The translations under genes were made by a program, and so were the position numbers. 26,151 nucleotides of DNA from a virus. Taxonomy: Duplodnaviria; Caudoviricetes. Under the pieces are notes generated by a model. That model saw only the letters and a program-made list of their open reading frames with translations. It ran no database searches and was not told where the DNA came from. The DNA lies in the IMG/VR virus record IMGVR_UViG_3300017760_000071, positions 1 through 26,151 of that record; one strand, given 5' to 3'. Shown one piece after another: positions 1 through 7,926 of this stretch (within the stretch, counting starts at the first letter, position 1; each line of letters opens with the position of its first letter).

Positions 1-390
1 GTTATCATTTTCTCTTACATTAAAAATCATATCTCCACTTGTATTACCATCTGCCCCACTACCCATAAGATGCAATGCTGTTGTATTAGAAGTTTGCCTT
101 CCAGAAATTGCACCTTGAAGAGTCGAACTTGGAGAACCAAAACTAATTGAACCAGTAGGAGCTGTAGTAACATCTAAAGCATTTGTAGTTTGAACCATTA
201 AAGCCGATAATGGCTGACCACCTATTCCTAATCTATCTGTATTTAAATAAAGTGGAGTTGCATCGTTATCTCCAGTTTTTACCTGTATTGCATTACTGCC
301 ATCACCATCAGCAGTTGAAGCTGTGTTACCATCTAATTTTAAAAGTGAGGTATAACTACTCGCTATCGTTGATCCTGTTAAACTTGCCAT
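1..390 (-). CDS. Tail fibre/spike-like virion protein, N-terminal part (runs off the left edge)
   Basis: Not in the ORF track. ATG at 390 follows an AAGGA RBS, and the frame is open to base 1: MASLTGSTIASSYTSLLKLDGN...LYLNTDRLGIGGQP...GDMIFNVRENDN. It is Gly/Ser/Thr-rich with a 'RLGIG' beta-repeat typical of fibres, and lies in the structural operon. Confidence 0.65.
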   Translation of the reverse strand, partial: MASLTGSTIASSYTSLLKLDGNTASTADGDGSNAIQVKTGDNDATPLYLNTDRLGIGGQPLSALMVQTTNALDVTTAPTGSISFGSPSSTLQGAISGRQTSNTTALHLMGSGADGNTSGDMIFNVRENDN

Positions 391-400
391 AATAAATCCT

Positions 401-538
401 TTATATTATATCTTCCCATTTACGGTGTTCGTTTTGCCAAAAATCAGTAACACTGCCCCATAAGTCTCGAACTTTACCTGCTATAGCCGCAGTTGCAGTT
501 GCGATACTTGCAATAGATACTGATATTCCTAATTTCAT
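401..538 (-). CDS. 45-aa small virion-associated protein with Trp-periodic C-terminus
   Basis: Manual translation: MKLGISVSIASIATATAAIAGKVRDLWGSVTDFWQNEHRKWEDII. It fills the gap between the 540..908 ORF and the fibre gene in the same orientation. Confidence 0.65.
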   Translation of the reverse strand: MKLGISVSIASIATATAAIAGKVRDLWGSVTDFWQNEHRKWEDII

Positions 539-539
539 A

Positions 540-908
540 TTAACCTATATACGCTATAACCATTCCAGAAGTAAGATCTATTTCTGTCCATCGTCCAAAA
601 ATAGTAAGACCTTGTGGGAATGTATTGCTTGCGTCTATTTGAGCACCGCCTGATCCTTGTGTTGTTGTTTCAGAACCATCTGATTCATCATGTGCTGCTG
701 CTTGTGTGTTAGGATACATATCTGAATCTTCTGCTACCAGACCACCACTTGCATCAAAAACAGAATCTTCTAAAAATGTAATCGCAACAAATACGGAATC
801 CGTTGGGGGACTAGCTGCTGCAGTTGTATCTATAAACATGGATCCAACTTGCCCAGCTCCGATATTACCAGCCTCTACTACTGTATACTTTTGTTTTCCT
901 CCAGCCAT
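540..908 (-). CDS. Small beta-rich virion structural protein (hypothetical)
   Basis: 122-aa ORF with AAGGAG RBS. The C-terminus 'FPQGLTIFGRWTEIDLTSGMVIAY' resembles small phage beta-sandwich structural proteins; operon context agrees. Confidence 0.6.
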   Translation of the reverse strand: MAGGKQKYTVVEAGNIGAGQVGSMFIDTTAAASPPTDSVFVAITFLEDSVFDASGGLVAEDSDMYPNTQAAAHDESDGSETTTQGSGGAQIDASNTFPQGLTIFGRWTEIDLTSGMVIAYIG

Positions 909-924
909 CTTGTTTCTCCTTCTT

Positions 925-958
925 ATGCCTTACCGAGCTTGACTATTCTCATGGGCAT
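925..958 (-). promoter_or_regulatory. Intergenic stem-loop directly upstream of the RBS of 540..908
   Basis: Minus strand reads AUGCC-CAU-GAG-AAUAGUCAAG-CUC-GGUAA-GGCAU, followed at once by AAGAAGGAG. Confidence 0.4.
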
Positions 959-970
959 GTTGATTAAATT

Positions 971-1465
971 CTATACGTCATCTAAAATTGCTACAATTGT
1001 GCACCTAACAGTTCCTGTTGAAGTTGCAACATGCACATCACCGCAATCTAATCCATCTTTAAATTTTAAATTAATAGCTTCATTAGCACCTACTTCAAGA
1101 ACATCGCCTACAGAAGCTGCATCCCCAGCATCTAAGCATATGTATACTTTAGCTGAAGTAGCAGTAGAGCCATCTGTAGTCCCACTATTTTTTAAAAATA
1201 AATATTTTATATGATCTCCAACAACTGTTGTTCCAGAATCCGTATAAGATGTTCCACTCGCTATTACATCTGCGCTTGTTCCTGTAATATCTCTTGATGT
1301 ACTATAAACCCATTTATCATTAGCATCTGCTTTTACATATTCTAATTTGCCACCTAATGATTGCTTTATTTGATGATGAATAACGTCTACTGCATCTGAA
1401 TCGTCATCAGCAGTAATAGTCACTACTGGGGTCATAGATACTACGCCTCTTGCTGTATCTGCCAT
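971..1465 (-). CDS. Virion structural protein (hypothetical, beta-rich)
   Basis: 164-aa ORF with GGAGG RBS and TAATG coupling to the upstream gene; Thr/Asp/Gly/Val-rich. Confidence 0.6.
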   Translation of the reverse strand: MADTARGVVSMTPVVTITADDDSDAVDVIHHQIKQSLGGKLEYVKADANDKWVYSTSRDITGTSADVIASGTSYTDSGTTVVGDHIKYLFLKNSGTTDGSTATSAKVYICLDAGDAASVGDVLEVGANEAINLKFKDGLDCGDVHVATSTGTVRCTIVAILDDV

Positions 1466-3078
1466 TATGATCCTCCTTGTTGTTGTGGCATATCACCACG
1501 TATTAAAATTTGCAAGCCTTGATTGTATTCAGCTTTTAACTGACGATACTGACCTTGCTTCCATTGATAATCCATATTATGCTTTTGCATTTTTGCATTA
1601 TAATTTTGTACGTCTGCACTATATTTTTGCAATACAGAACCTACTTCAGCTTGATATTCTTGCAATTCAGATCTATACTTATCTAATGCAGATTTATACT
1701 CTTGGACATTTTGCTGAAAATTGTTTATAGCATTTTGCAAATTTAATTGTACATCTTTATCTAAATTTGCTTTGCGTGTATTAAATTCTTGCTGTGCATT
1801 TTGAATAGCAGACTGACTATCTTTTTGAAAGTTTTGTCCTTTCCTTTGTATATCTTGCTGATATACTACATTTGCTTCATTAAAAGAGTTTAATGCGTTT
1901 TGTATATCTGCACTATATTTTTGTAAATCTGTTTGTCTTTCTGCTTGCCAGACTCTTAAATCCCCTTCCATGTTTTGCTGATATTCCTGTACTTCTTTGC
2001 TAATTTGAGCTTGATAAGACTGCAGGTCAGCTTGATATTTTTGCATTAATTGTGAATCATCTGCTTGTGATAAATCAGCATTCTTCATAGCCTTTTGAAG
2101 TTCTGCTTGATATTCGACATTTGCATCATTAAATACATTTAATTGATTTTGTATATTAGATTGATATTCTCCTATTTGAGCATTGATTTCTTGTATCTTT
2201 GCACTTGCTAATTCGACATCTTCATCTGTAGATATAAATGTATCTACTGTACTAAAAGACGGAGAAGCAACTGGAGGAGTATATACTGGAGCAGTCGCAC
2301 TAAAACTAACAGAGTTATTTGTTAAAGCTGGTGCTACTGGAGCAGTTGCTGTTATACTTAAATCTGATATAGTTGGCGCTCCTTGAAGTGTTATAACTGG
2401 AGGAACGTAACTAGGAGCAGATTCTGTTAAATCAGCCATATCGCTAATAGAAATTAATGGCTGAGTAATATCGCTTACACTTGCATTTGTGTATGTAAAA
2501 GAAGGAGAAGATGGTGTAGACGGAGACACAAGTAAACTAGGTGCTGATATATCTGTCGGCAAACTAGCTGTTTTATCAGCCATCAATCTTTGCAAACATC
2601 TAACAGATCCACCTAATACCAATAATCTTTCTGCTTCTTGTGGAAAGTTTACTACCGTAGAACTACCGTGTACTATAGCTGTACTTCCATCTGTAGTAGG
2701 TATCTTAGGTACATAATGTAAATGACCCGATGTAGCTCCACTACCAGCAGCTCCATTTACGTATACTTTCTCATCTTCTAAATAATATACTGGATCTGTA
2801 TCGCTAGCTGCATATATAGATGTAGTATCATTAAATTTAGCTTTTTGTATTGCTGGGATTTCCCTAGCTGCTAAGTCTCCTTTGTCTACTGCTAATACTT
2901 TTTTACCTGCAGTAGTTAAACCAGAATCTGTTATTGCAGTAGTTTTTGCTACTTGTAATAACTTTTCTACTGGTAATACGTCTATAATCTCAGCTCCTAT
3001 ATCTTGTATAGAGCTTGAAATTAAATCATCATCTCCAACAGATCCTATTAAATCTTCTATTTGTGTTTTAAAACTCAT
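1465..3078 (-). CDS. Neck/tail-associated structural protein: adaptor-like N-domain, Pro/Ser linker, Gln-rich coiled coil
   Basis: 537 aa. 'FPQEAERLLVLGGSVRCL' resembles an adaptor C-terminal helix. Internal repeat EYQSNIQNQLNVFNDANVEYQ / KYSADIQNALNSFNEANVVYQ. Confidence 0.55.
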   Translation of the reverse strand: MSFKTQIEDLIGSVGDDDLISSSIQDIGAEIIDVLPVEKLLQVAKTTAITDSGLTTAGKKVLAVDKGDLAAREIPAIQKAKFNDTTSIYAASDTDPVYYLEDEKVYVNGAAGSGATSGHLHYVPKIPTTDGSTAIVHGSSTVVNFPQEAERLLVLGGSVRCLQRLMADKTASLPTDISAPSLLVSPSTPSSPSFTYTNASVSDITQPLISISDMADLTESAPSYVPPVITLQGAPTISDLSITATAPVAPALTNNSVSFSATAPVYTPPVASPSFSTVDTFISTDEDVELASAKIQEINAQIGEYQSNIQNQLNVFNDANVEYQAELQKAMKNADLSQADDSQLMQKYQADLQSYQAQISKEVQEYQQNMEGDLRVWQAERQTDLQKYSADIQNALNSFNEANVVYQQDIQRKGQNFQKDSQSAIQNAQQEFNTRKANLDKDVQLNLQNAINNFQQNVQEYKSALDKYRSELQEYQAEVGSVLQKYSADVQNYNAKMQKHNMDYQWKQGQYRQLKAEYNQGLQILIRGDMPQQQGGS

Positions 3079-3308
3079 GCTACCTCAGTATAACTTGTTG
3101 ATGTAGTACTTTGTTCCGAATAAGAAGGCGCAGAAATACTTAATTCTGTAAATGATGCAGAAGAAATAGTTTGCTCTGTATAAGAAGTACTGTTTCCAGA
3201 TACTTCCGATAAGGAAATAGCTACATCCCATGTTAAAGGAAATGTAATTGTATCCCAACTTTCTGTTAAGTCAGACCAATATCCTGTACCTGTAAAAATT
3301 TCTACCAT
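3075..3308 (-). CDS. 77-aa virion protein with Trp motif and 10-residue S(Y/F/L)(T/S)E repeats
   Basis: TAATG and ATGA overlaps with its neighbours. Repeats: SLSEVSGNST / SYTEQTISSA / SFTELSISAP / SYSEQSTTST / SYTEVA. Confidence 0.6.
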   Translation of the reverse strand: MVEIFTGTGYWSDLTESWDTITFPLTWDVAISLSEVSGNSTSYTEQTISSASFTELSISAPSYSEQSTTSTSYTEVA

Positions 3309-3703
3309 TAATAATCGTATTGTCTTATGTGATAGCCAGAGCCATCTCTTCCTTTATTGGCATATTTCTTTCCTTCTCTTATGCACATTTCCCATTCATT
3401 ATTAAAATATTGAGCAGATTGTAAAGTAGCAGGGTTTAGCTCATACCCTTTGGCTATTGCATATGTAGCCAATGCATCATGAAACTCTGCTGGAATCGCA
3501 GGGGATTCTGTCATAGTAATCCCTGTTCCAGATGCTACAAAATCTTCGTCCAATTTTACAGCATGGATCGTAACTGTTTTTACTTCATTAACAGAAATAT
3601 AATCTGTGCTAGTATCTGCATCTGATACCATAGCAAGACCAATGGAATCTCTTTCTATCCACCACACTTTTTTTAAAGCTGCTGTTCTTTGATCAACTGA
3701 CAT
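3308..3703 (-). CDS. Head-tail adaptor-like protein (C-terminal-half type)
   Basis: 'PAIPAEFHDALATYAIAKGYE...AQYF' matches the PxIPxxxHxALxxYA helix at the C-terminus of podovirus adaptor proteins. Confidence 0.6.
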   Translation of the reverse strand: MSVDQRTAALKKVWWIERDSIGLAMVSDADTSTDYISVNEVKTVTIHAVKLDEDFVASGTGITMTESPAIPAEFHDALATYAIAKGYELNPATLQSAQYFNNEWEMCIREGKKYANKGRDGSGYHIRQYDY

Positions 3704-3956
3704 CTGTTTTCTCTGGTTTGCCTACTAAACGTGGTATCTCATATCCATCATAATCAACTCTAGTAATTTCAGATATACTATCATCTAAATCATAATATCT
3801 TTGATCGGCTACACTAGGAAACGTATATACGGTATTTAGTATTCTTGTTTTTCTACAAAACTCATCCAACGCCTTATTTAAAAAGATACGTATTTGTGTT
3901 TCTCCTAAATCAGGATGATGTTGCTTTACTGTTTCTATTAATTGCTTTTGTGTCAT
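3693..3956 (-). CDS. Head-tail adaptor-like protein (N-terminal-half type)
   Basis: 'MTQKQLIETVK...FLNKALDEFCRKT...SVADQRYYDL...ITRVDY' matches the N-terminal helix pair and strand pattern of podovirus adaptors. Confidence 0.6.
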   Translation of the reverse strand: MTQKQLIETVKQHHPDLGETQIRIFLNKALDEFCRKTRILNTVYTFPSVADQRYYDLDDSISEITRVDYDGYEIPRLVGKPEKTDVS

Positions 3957-4033
3957 TTAATTTTTAAAGGCTTTTTTAAAGCGTCTATTACAGACTTAAA
4001 CATTGATTTCTTTTTTTTCTTTTTAGAAACCAT
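3953..4033 (-). CDS. Lys-rich micro-protein (26 aa; 39 aa if started at 4072)
   Basis: MVSKKKKKKSMFKSVIDALKKPLKIK. AGGAAG lies upstream, and its TGA overlaps the ATG of 3693..3956 (ATGA). Confidence 0.45.
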   Translation of the reverse strand: MVSKKKKKKSMFKSVIDALKKPLKIK

Positions 4034-4084
4034 TCTTTTTGTACTTCCTGTTTTATTTGCATTCATTAGCATTTTTATTCCAAC

Positions 4085-4111
4085 GTCAGGGGAGCACTAG
4101 GCTCCCCCAAC
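4085..4111 (-). terminator. GC-rich stem-loop after the capsid/decoration genes (partial terminator or mRNA stabiliser)
   Basis: GUUGGGGGAGC-CUAGU-GCUCCCCUGAC, an 11-bp stem including G-U pairs. No U-tract follows on the minus strand. Confidence 0.5.
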
Positions 4112-4123
4112 TTGTTTTGTTTA

Positions 4124-4534
4124 TTAACTAATCGTTATACCAGCCGCAACTTTTCCAAGACCGCCAACTATATAAAAATTAGTACCATCTGCTACCAACT
4201 TTATATAATCGCCTGCAACTGCTGATCCATCAACAAATGTAATTGTAGTATCACTACCATCACTTGTATCTGCTACATCATCAGCAGCTCCAGCACTTAC
4301 TGAACCTAGTATTGCACCTGATGGAGCTACTACTGTATAGCTTGCACCAGAAGGTGCACCTTTTACAATAAATGTAGCTTCCCATCCAATGTTACTAGGA
4401 GCAGGTAAAGTTGTTGCAAACTCAGAAGTTGAGTTAAGCATAAGAACTTTACCGCTATCAGCAATAGTTAAAGTTGAAGCGGCAGTCAATTCCTTGACTC
4501 CTGCACTTGAACCACCTAAATAAGGTCTAGCCAT
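4124..4534 (-). CDS. Putative capsid decoration/cement protein
   Basis: 136 aa directly after the major capsid gene, with AAGGAGG RBS. The 'TLTIADSGKVLML...TLPAP...G...FIV' pattern is typical of such proteins. Confidence 0.6.
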   Translation of the reverse strand: MARPYLGGSSAGVKELTAASTLTIADSGKVLMLNSTSEFATTLPAPSNIGWEATFIVKGAPSGASYTVVAPSGAILGSVSAGAADDVADTSDGSDTTITFVDGSAVAGDYIKLVADGTNFYIVGGLGKVAAGITIS

Positions 4535-4545
4535 TATAAGCCTCC

Positions 4546-5883
4546 TTACGCTGTGATTTTAAACAGATGATGACTTTCAATTAGCTGTATACCAACACCT
4601 TCATCAGACATGTATTGATCTTTAACACCATCAAAGGCATTATCGGTCTTAATGTTTGTCTGATACATAGATGGACGATAAACTGCATGAAACAGATTTT
4701 CATCAGATACAACTGCCATGAACTTGTTATAAGGCCCACGTAGTGCTGGAGTTGGAATCAACTGCAACATGCCGTGAGGCGTTTCAAGTACCCTGTAGTT
4801 AAAACCAAGAGCATCACGTTTCATGTCTCCAATAGAAACTGTCCAACCAGAGTTGCCAGCTATCCCTGAAGCACCAGCCATTTTAGACCAGTAACCAAGT
4901 GCCCCAGCACCACAGAATGCACGTTTAACACCTGCTTCTGGAATGTACTGGAATACTTTTTCCATGTCATCTACAAAGTTTGCGTATCCGTAAGAACTAT
5001 CAATAGTAAATACGTTTTGTGCATCGTGTGTAGAAGTAGACTCACCATACTTTTCTAATGCTGAAATAATTCCATATGTTGAACGAACTAAATTCCCATC
5101 TGAATCAGTTCTTCCGCCATCTGCAAATGTTTCATCATTATTAGTATCGTTATTTCCAGCTCCATAAGATGCTTCTTGCAAGCCCGTACCGCCTAATCTT
5201 TGGCCAAACAAAAATGCTTTTTCTTTTTGCATTTTGTGTTCTTGAGCTTTTTGCCTACGAAGTCTAGACAATTCTGAAGACTCTCCACGAAGTACTGCTG
5301 CTTCTAAAGTACCAGTAACCTGTAAAGGTGTCTTAAAGATTTGAGTAGAATTATAGACTACTTGCAATTCATCTGCCCATGCTTCTGGAGCTGAGCTACC
5401 TTCACCATGTGCATTACCTACTACCATAAAATAATCATTATTAGAAACGGAAATAGCCGCTCCTGTTAATGCTTTTACAGTAATGTGATTTGCTTCTGGT
5501 ATAGCTGTAATAACTGCAGTTCCTCTGTTTGTTGCTTTTGTTACATCCCATATTTCACAAACCAAACCGATCCAAGAAGAATCTGGTGAAGATGCTAAAT
5601 TACTTGCTCCATCAACTTCTAAAGAATCCCCATTGTCATCATTATCTAATGTGGCTCCTTCTGCTGCTTGAAACTCTTGTTTTACCCAAGGATTACGATG
5701 TTCAAACATCTTAAAAATTGGGTCTGGGACTTTTCGCATTTCCTGATTACTAACCATTGTAGTAAAAGGTGCAACGTCTGTCCATAGCTCCTTAGTGACC
5801 TGCGGATCTACGTAAAAATTCCGTCTATCCGTATAAAGTACACCAGAAGCTCCTTGCATTAGCTGCTTTTCTGTAGCTGCCAT
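4546..5883 (-). CDS. Major capsid protein (DUF5309 / SU10-like HK97 fold)
   Basis: 445 aa with AAGGAG RBS. Motif 'NSTQIFKTPLQVTGT...EHKMQKEKAFLFG'; located after the scaffold gene. Confidence 0.88.
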   Translation of the reverse strand: MAATEKQLMQGASGVLYTDRRNFYVDPQVTKELWTDVAPFTTMVSNQEMRKVPDPIFKMFEHRNPWVKQEFQAAEGATLDNDDNGDSLEVDGASNLASSPDSSWIGLVCEIWDVTKATNRGTAVITAIPEANHITVKALTGAAISVSNNDYFMVVGNAHGEGSSAPEAWADELQVVYNSTQIFKTPLQVTGTLEAAVLRGESSELSRLRRQKAQEHKMQKEKAFLFGQRLGGTGLQEASYGAGNNDTNNDETFADGGRTDSDGNLVRSTYGIISALEKYGESTSTHDAQNVFTIDSSYGYANFVDDMEKVFQYIPEAGVKRAFCGAGALGYWSKMAGASGIAGNSGWTVSIGDMKRDALGFNYRVLETPHGMLQLIPTPALRGPYNKFMAVVSDENLFHAVYRPSMYQTNIKTDNAFDGVKDQYMSDEGVGIQLIESHHLFKITA

Positions 5884-5922
5884 TTGTTAACTCCTTATTT
5901 GTCTAGTTTACTTTACAACAAA

Positions 5923-6804
5923 TTACTTACCAAAGAAAGCATCGTTAAACAACTGCTGATCAGATCGAGGTTGCTCAGCTTTTCCTGTCTGCACTGCTGC
6001 AGTTCTAGGAACAGCCAAACGCTCTGCCTGATTTTGCATTTCTGTTTTACGTTGCTGTACTACTGGGTCAGTATTTGTTCTTAATTCAAACAACTTTGCT
6101 AAATTATCCATCGTTAGATTTTGAGGATTCTGAGACCAAGCAACAAATTCAGCAGATTTCTGCTGATCCCAACCAAAGTTGTTTACAGCATGACTCATCG
6201 CTTGACGCTGAACCATTTGCGCTTGCTGCTGTTGCATTTGTTGTTGATATGCTTGTTGCATCTCTGCTTCTCTTATTTGATCTTTTTTTTGTAAAAAACC
6301 AAGATAATCATCACGATAGTTTTCTTTAGCTAACCGATACTTAAATGAATCACTCTCTGGATCATTATAAGCATCTACCTCATTGTATGAATGTGGTCTT
6401 TCTGGGGCTGATGGCTCCTTCAGTGAAGTCTCTTGCAATCCTTGGTTTGGGTATGCTTGAGGTTGTCCATTGGAGGGTGTCTGTTCTAACTGGTCAAGAA
6501 CTTGTGGGTTATTCCGAATCATCTGCTCAACTGGAGCAAGACTATTCTTATAATAATCCAATTCTTGACGAATCTGTCCTAATTCACCCTTGGCTTTATC
6601 AGCTTGTGATTGCCAATATTCAAAACGAGTTGAGTCGTCTTTAGAGGAAGTTTCTTGTGTTGCTTCTTGAGTAATTGGTTGATCCACACCTGTAGCATTT
6701 TCTACAGGTACTTCCTCTGCCAGTATTCTAGGTTGCTCTACTTGTACAGCAGCCTGTTCTACTGGTGCATCACCAGCATTACTCACTTCTATGATATTCT
6801 CCAT
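5923..6804 (-). CDS. Capsid scaffolding protein (putative)
   Basis: 293 aa, acidic and Gln-rich, helical ('YWQSQADK' coiled coil), immediately upstream of the major capsid gene. Confidence 0.72.
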   Translation of the reverse strand: MENIIEVSNAGDAPVEQAAVQVEQPRILAEEVPVENATGVDQPITQEATQETSSKDDSTRFEYWQSQADKAKGELGQIRQELDYYKNSLAPVEQMIRNNPQVLDQLEQTPSNGQPQAYPNQGLQETSLKEPSAPERPHSYNEVDAYNDPESDSFKYRLAKENYRDDYLGFLQKKDQIREAEMQQAYQQQMQQQQAQMVQRQAMSHAVNNFGWDQQKSAEFVAWSQNPQNLTMDNLAKLFELRTNTDPVVQQRKTEMQNQAERLAVPRTAAVQTGKAEQPRSDQQLFNDAFFGK

Positions 6805-6860
6805 TACTTTTCCTTTGCGATTTGGTTATTTCCAGCAACCGCTTTCTTCAATTTTTTCAT
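6804..6860 (-). CDS. 18-aa coupling mini-ORF
   Basis: MKKLKKAVAGNNQIAKEK. It begins and ends in TAATG overlaps and exactly bridges 6860..7492 and the scaffold gene. Confidence 0.4.
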   Translation of the reverse strand: MKKLKKAVAGNNQIAKEK

Positions 6861-7492
6861 TAACTAAAATTCTCTGCTCCCATAGTATCACCCTGTGGTA
6901 AACCTTGCATAAATGGATTTGGAACATTTCTAGCAGCTCCATAATCATCTGAATATGGATTTTGCATCATTTTTTCAGTTGTCATTAAATAATTTTCAAG
7001 TTCCTTGGCTCCTTCTGGAGTAGAAAGCATTTTTTCAATTTGTTTTTTATGTTGATCAGATCGTTTTGAAGATAAAGCATGAATAGATGTTTTCATTTTT
7101 ATATCAAGCTTATCATTTGTATTATCAATTATATATTTTAAAGCATTAAAATGTTTATTTTCTTTTAAATCTTTAGGAGACCCTGAATATGTAACAACAT
7201 AATGATCCTTTTTTTTGTTGTACACTAAACCACCTAAACCACCTGTTTCACTTTTTATAAGCGATCTCAAAGCTTGATACTGATTAATTTTAGATTCCTC
7301 ATTACTTTCAGAAATACCATATGCAATTCCACCACCTAAAGTACCAGCTAAACCTGCAGCTCCAATGTACTCTGGATTATTTCTTAATAAATCAGCTCCT
7401 CTATCTCTAGCAATACTTCCATAATTTTTTCCAGCTTGCCCTAAATTCTTAGCACTTTGTAATGCCCGTTGTAATATTTTCCCGTACGCCAT
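6860..7492 (-). CDS. Hypothetical protein with Gly/Ala-rich hydrophobic segment and C-terminal NPF-LPQG motif (candidate capsid cargo)
   Basis: 210 aa, TAATG-coupled. Contains 'IGAAGLAGTLGGGIAYGI' and ends NPFMQGLPQGDTMGAENFS. Confidence 0.75.
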   Translation of the reverse strand: MAYGKILQRALQSAKNLGQAGKNYGSIARDRGADLLRNNPEYIGAAGLAGTLGGGIAYGISESNEESKINQYQALRSLIKSETGGLGGLVYNKKKDHYVVTYSGSPKDLKENKHFNALKYIIDNTNDKLDIKMKTSIHALSSKRSDQHKKQIEKMLSTPEGAKELENYLMTTEKMMQNPYSDDYGAARNVPNPFMQGLPQGDTMGAENFS

Positions 7493-7926
7493 TATCTTAA
7501 ATCTCCCGTGTTTAATGTATTGCCTTGTGGTAAGTCTTTAGTAAAAGGATTAATATATTCTAAAGCACTAGGTATATAATCTTCTTCAGCTTCTGGATTT
7601 CCTGATATTCTCATCCACTCTTTAGATCTCCACAAAGCATCATCTGTATCACTTGCTTTATTTTTTAACATTTGTTCTTTTTCGCTAGTACTGGCGTTAA
7701 CAAATGCTTCATAATCTTTACCCTTAGGCTCACCTACAAAAATAGACCATATTGTTTCGTGATCATTTATGTCTGTTCTTATTTTATTTAAATAATCTGG
7801 ATAGCCAGAGTAATTATCAAAATATTCTCTATCTTTTAAATAAGCAATACGATCAGCATCACGAGCCTTTGGATCTCTTTTGTATCTATATGGAGCTGTA
7901 AAAGGAATATGTTCAAAAATGCTCAT
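7492..7926 (-). CDS. Hypothetical acidic protein with C-terminal NPF-LPQG motif (candidate capsid cargo)
   Basis: 144 aa, TAATG-coupled to the portal stop, GGAGG RBS. Ends NPFTKDLPQGNTLNTGDLR. Confidence 0.75.
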   Translation of the reverse strand: MSIFEHIPFTAPYRYKRDPKARDADRIAYLKDREYFDNYSGYPDYLNKIRTDINDHETIWSIFVGEPKGKDYEAFVNASTSEKEQMLKNKASDTDDALWRSKEWMRISGNPEAEEDYIPSALEYINPFTKDLPQGNTLNTGDLR

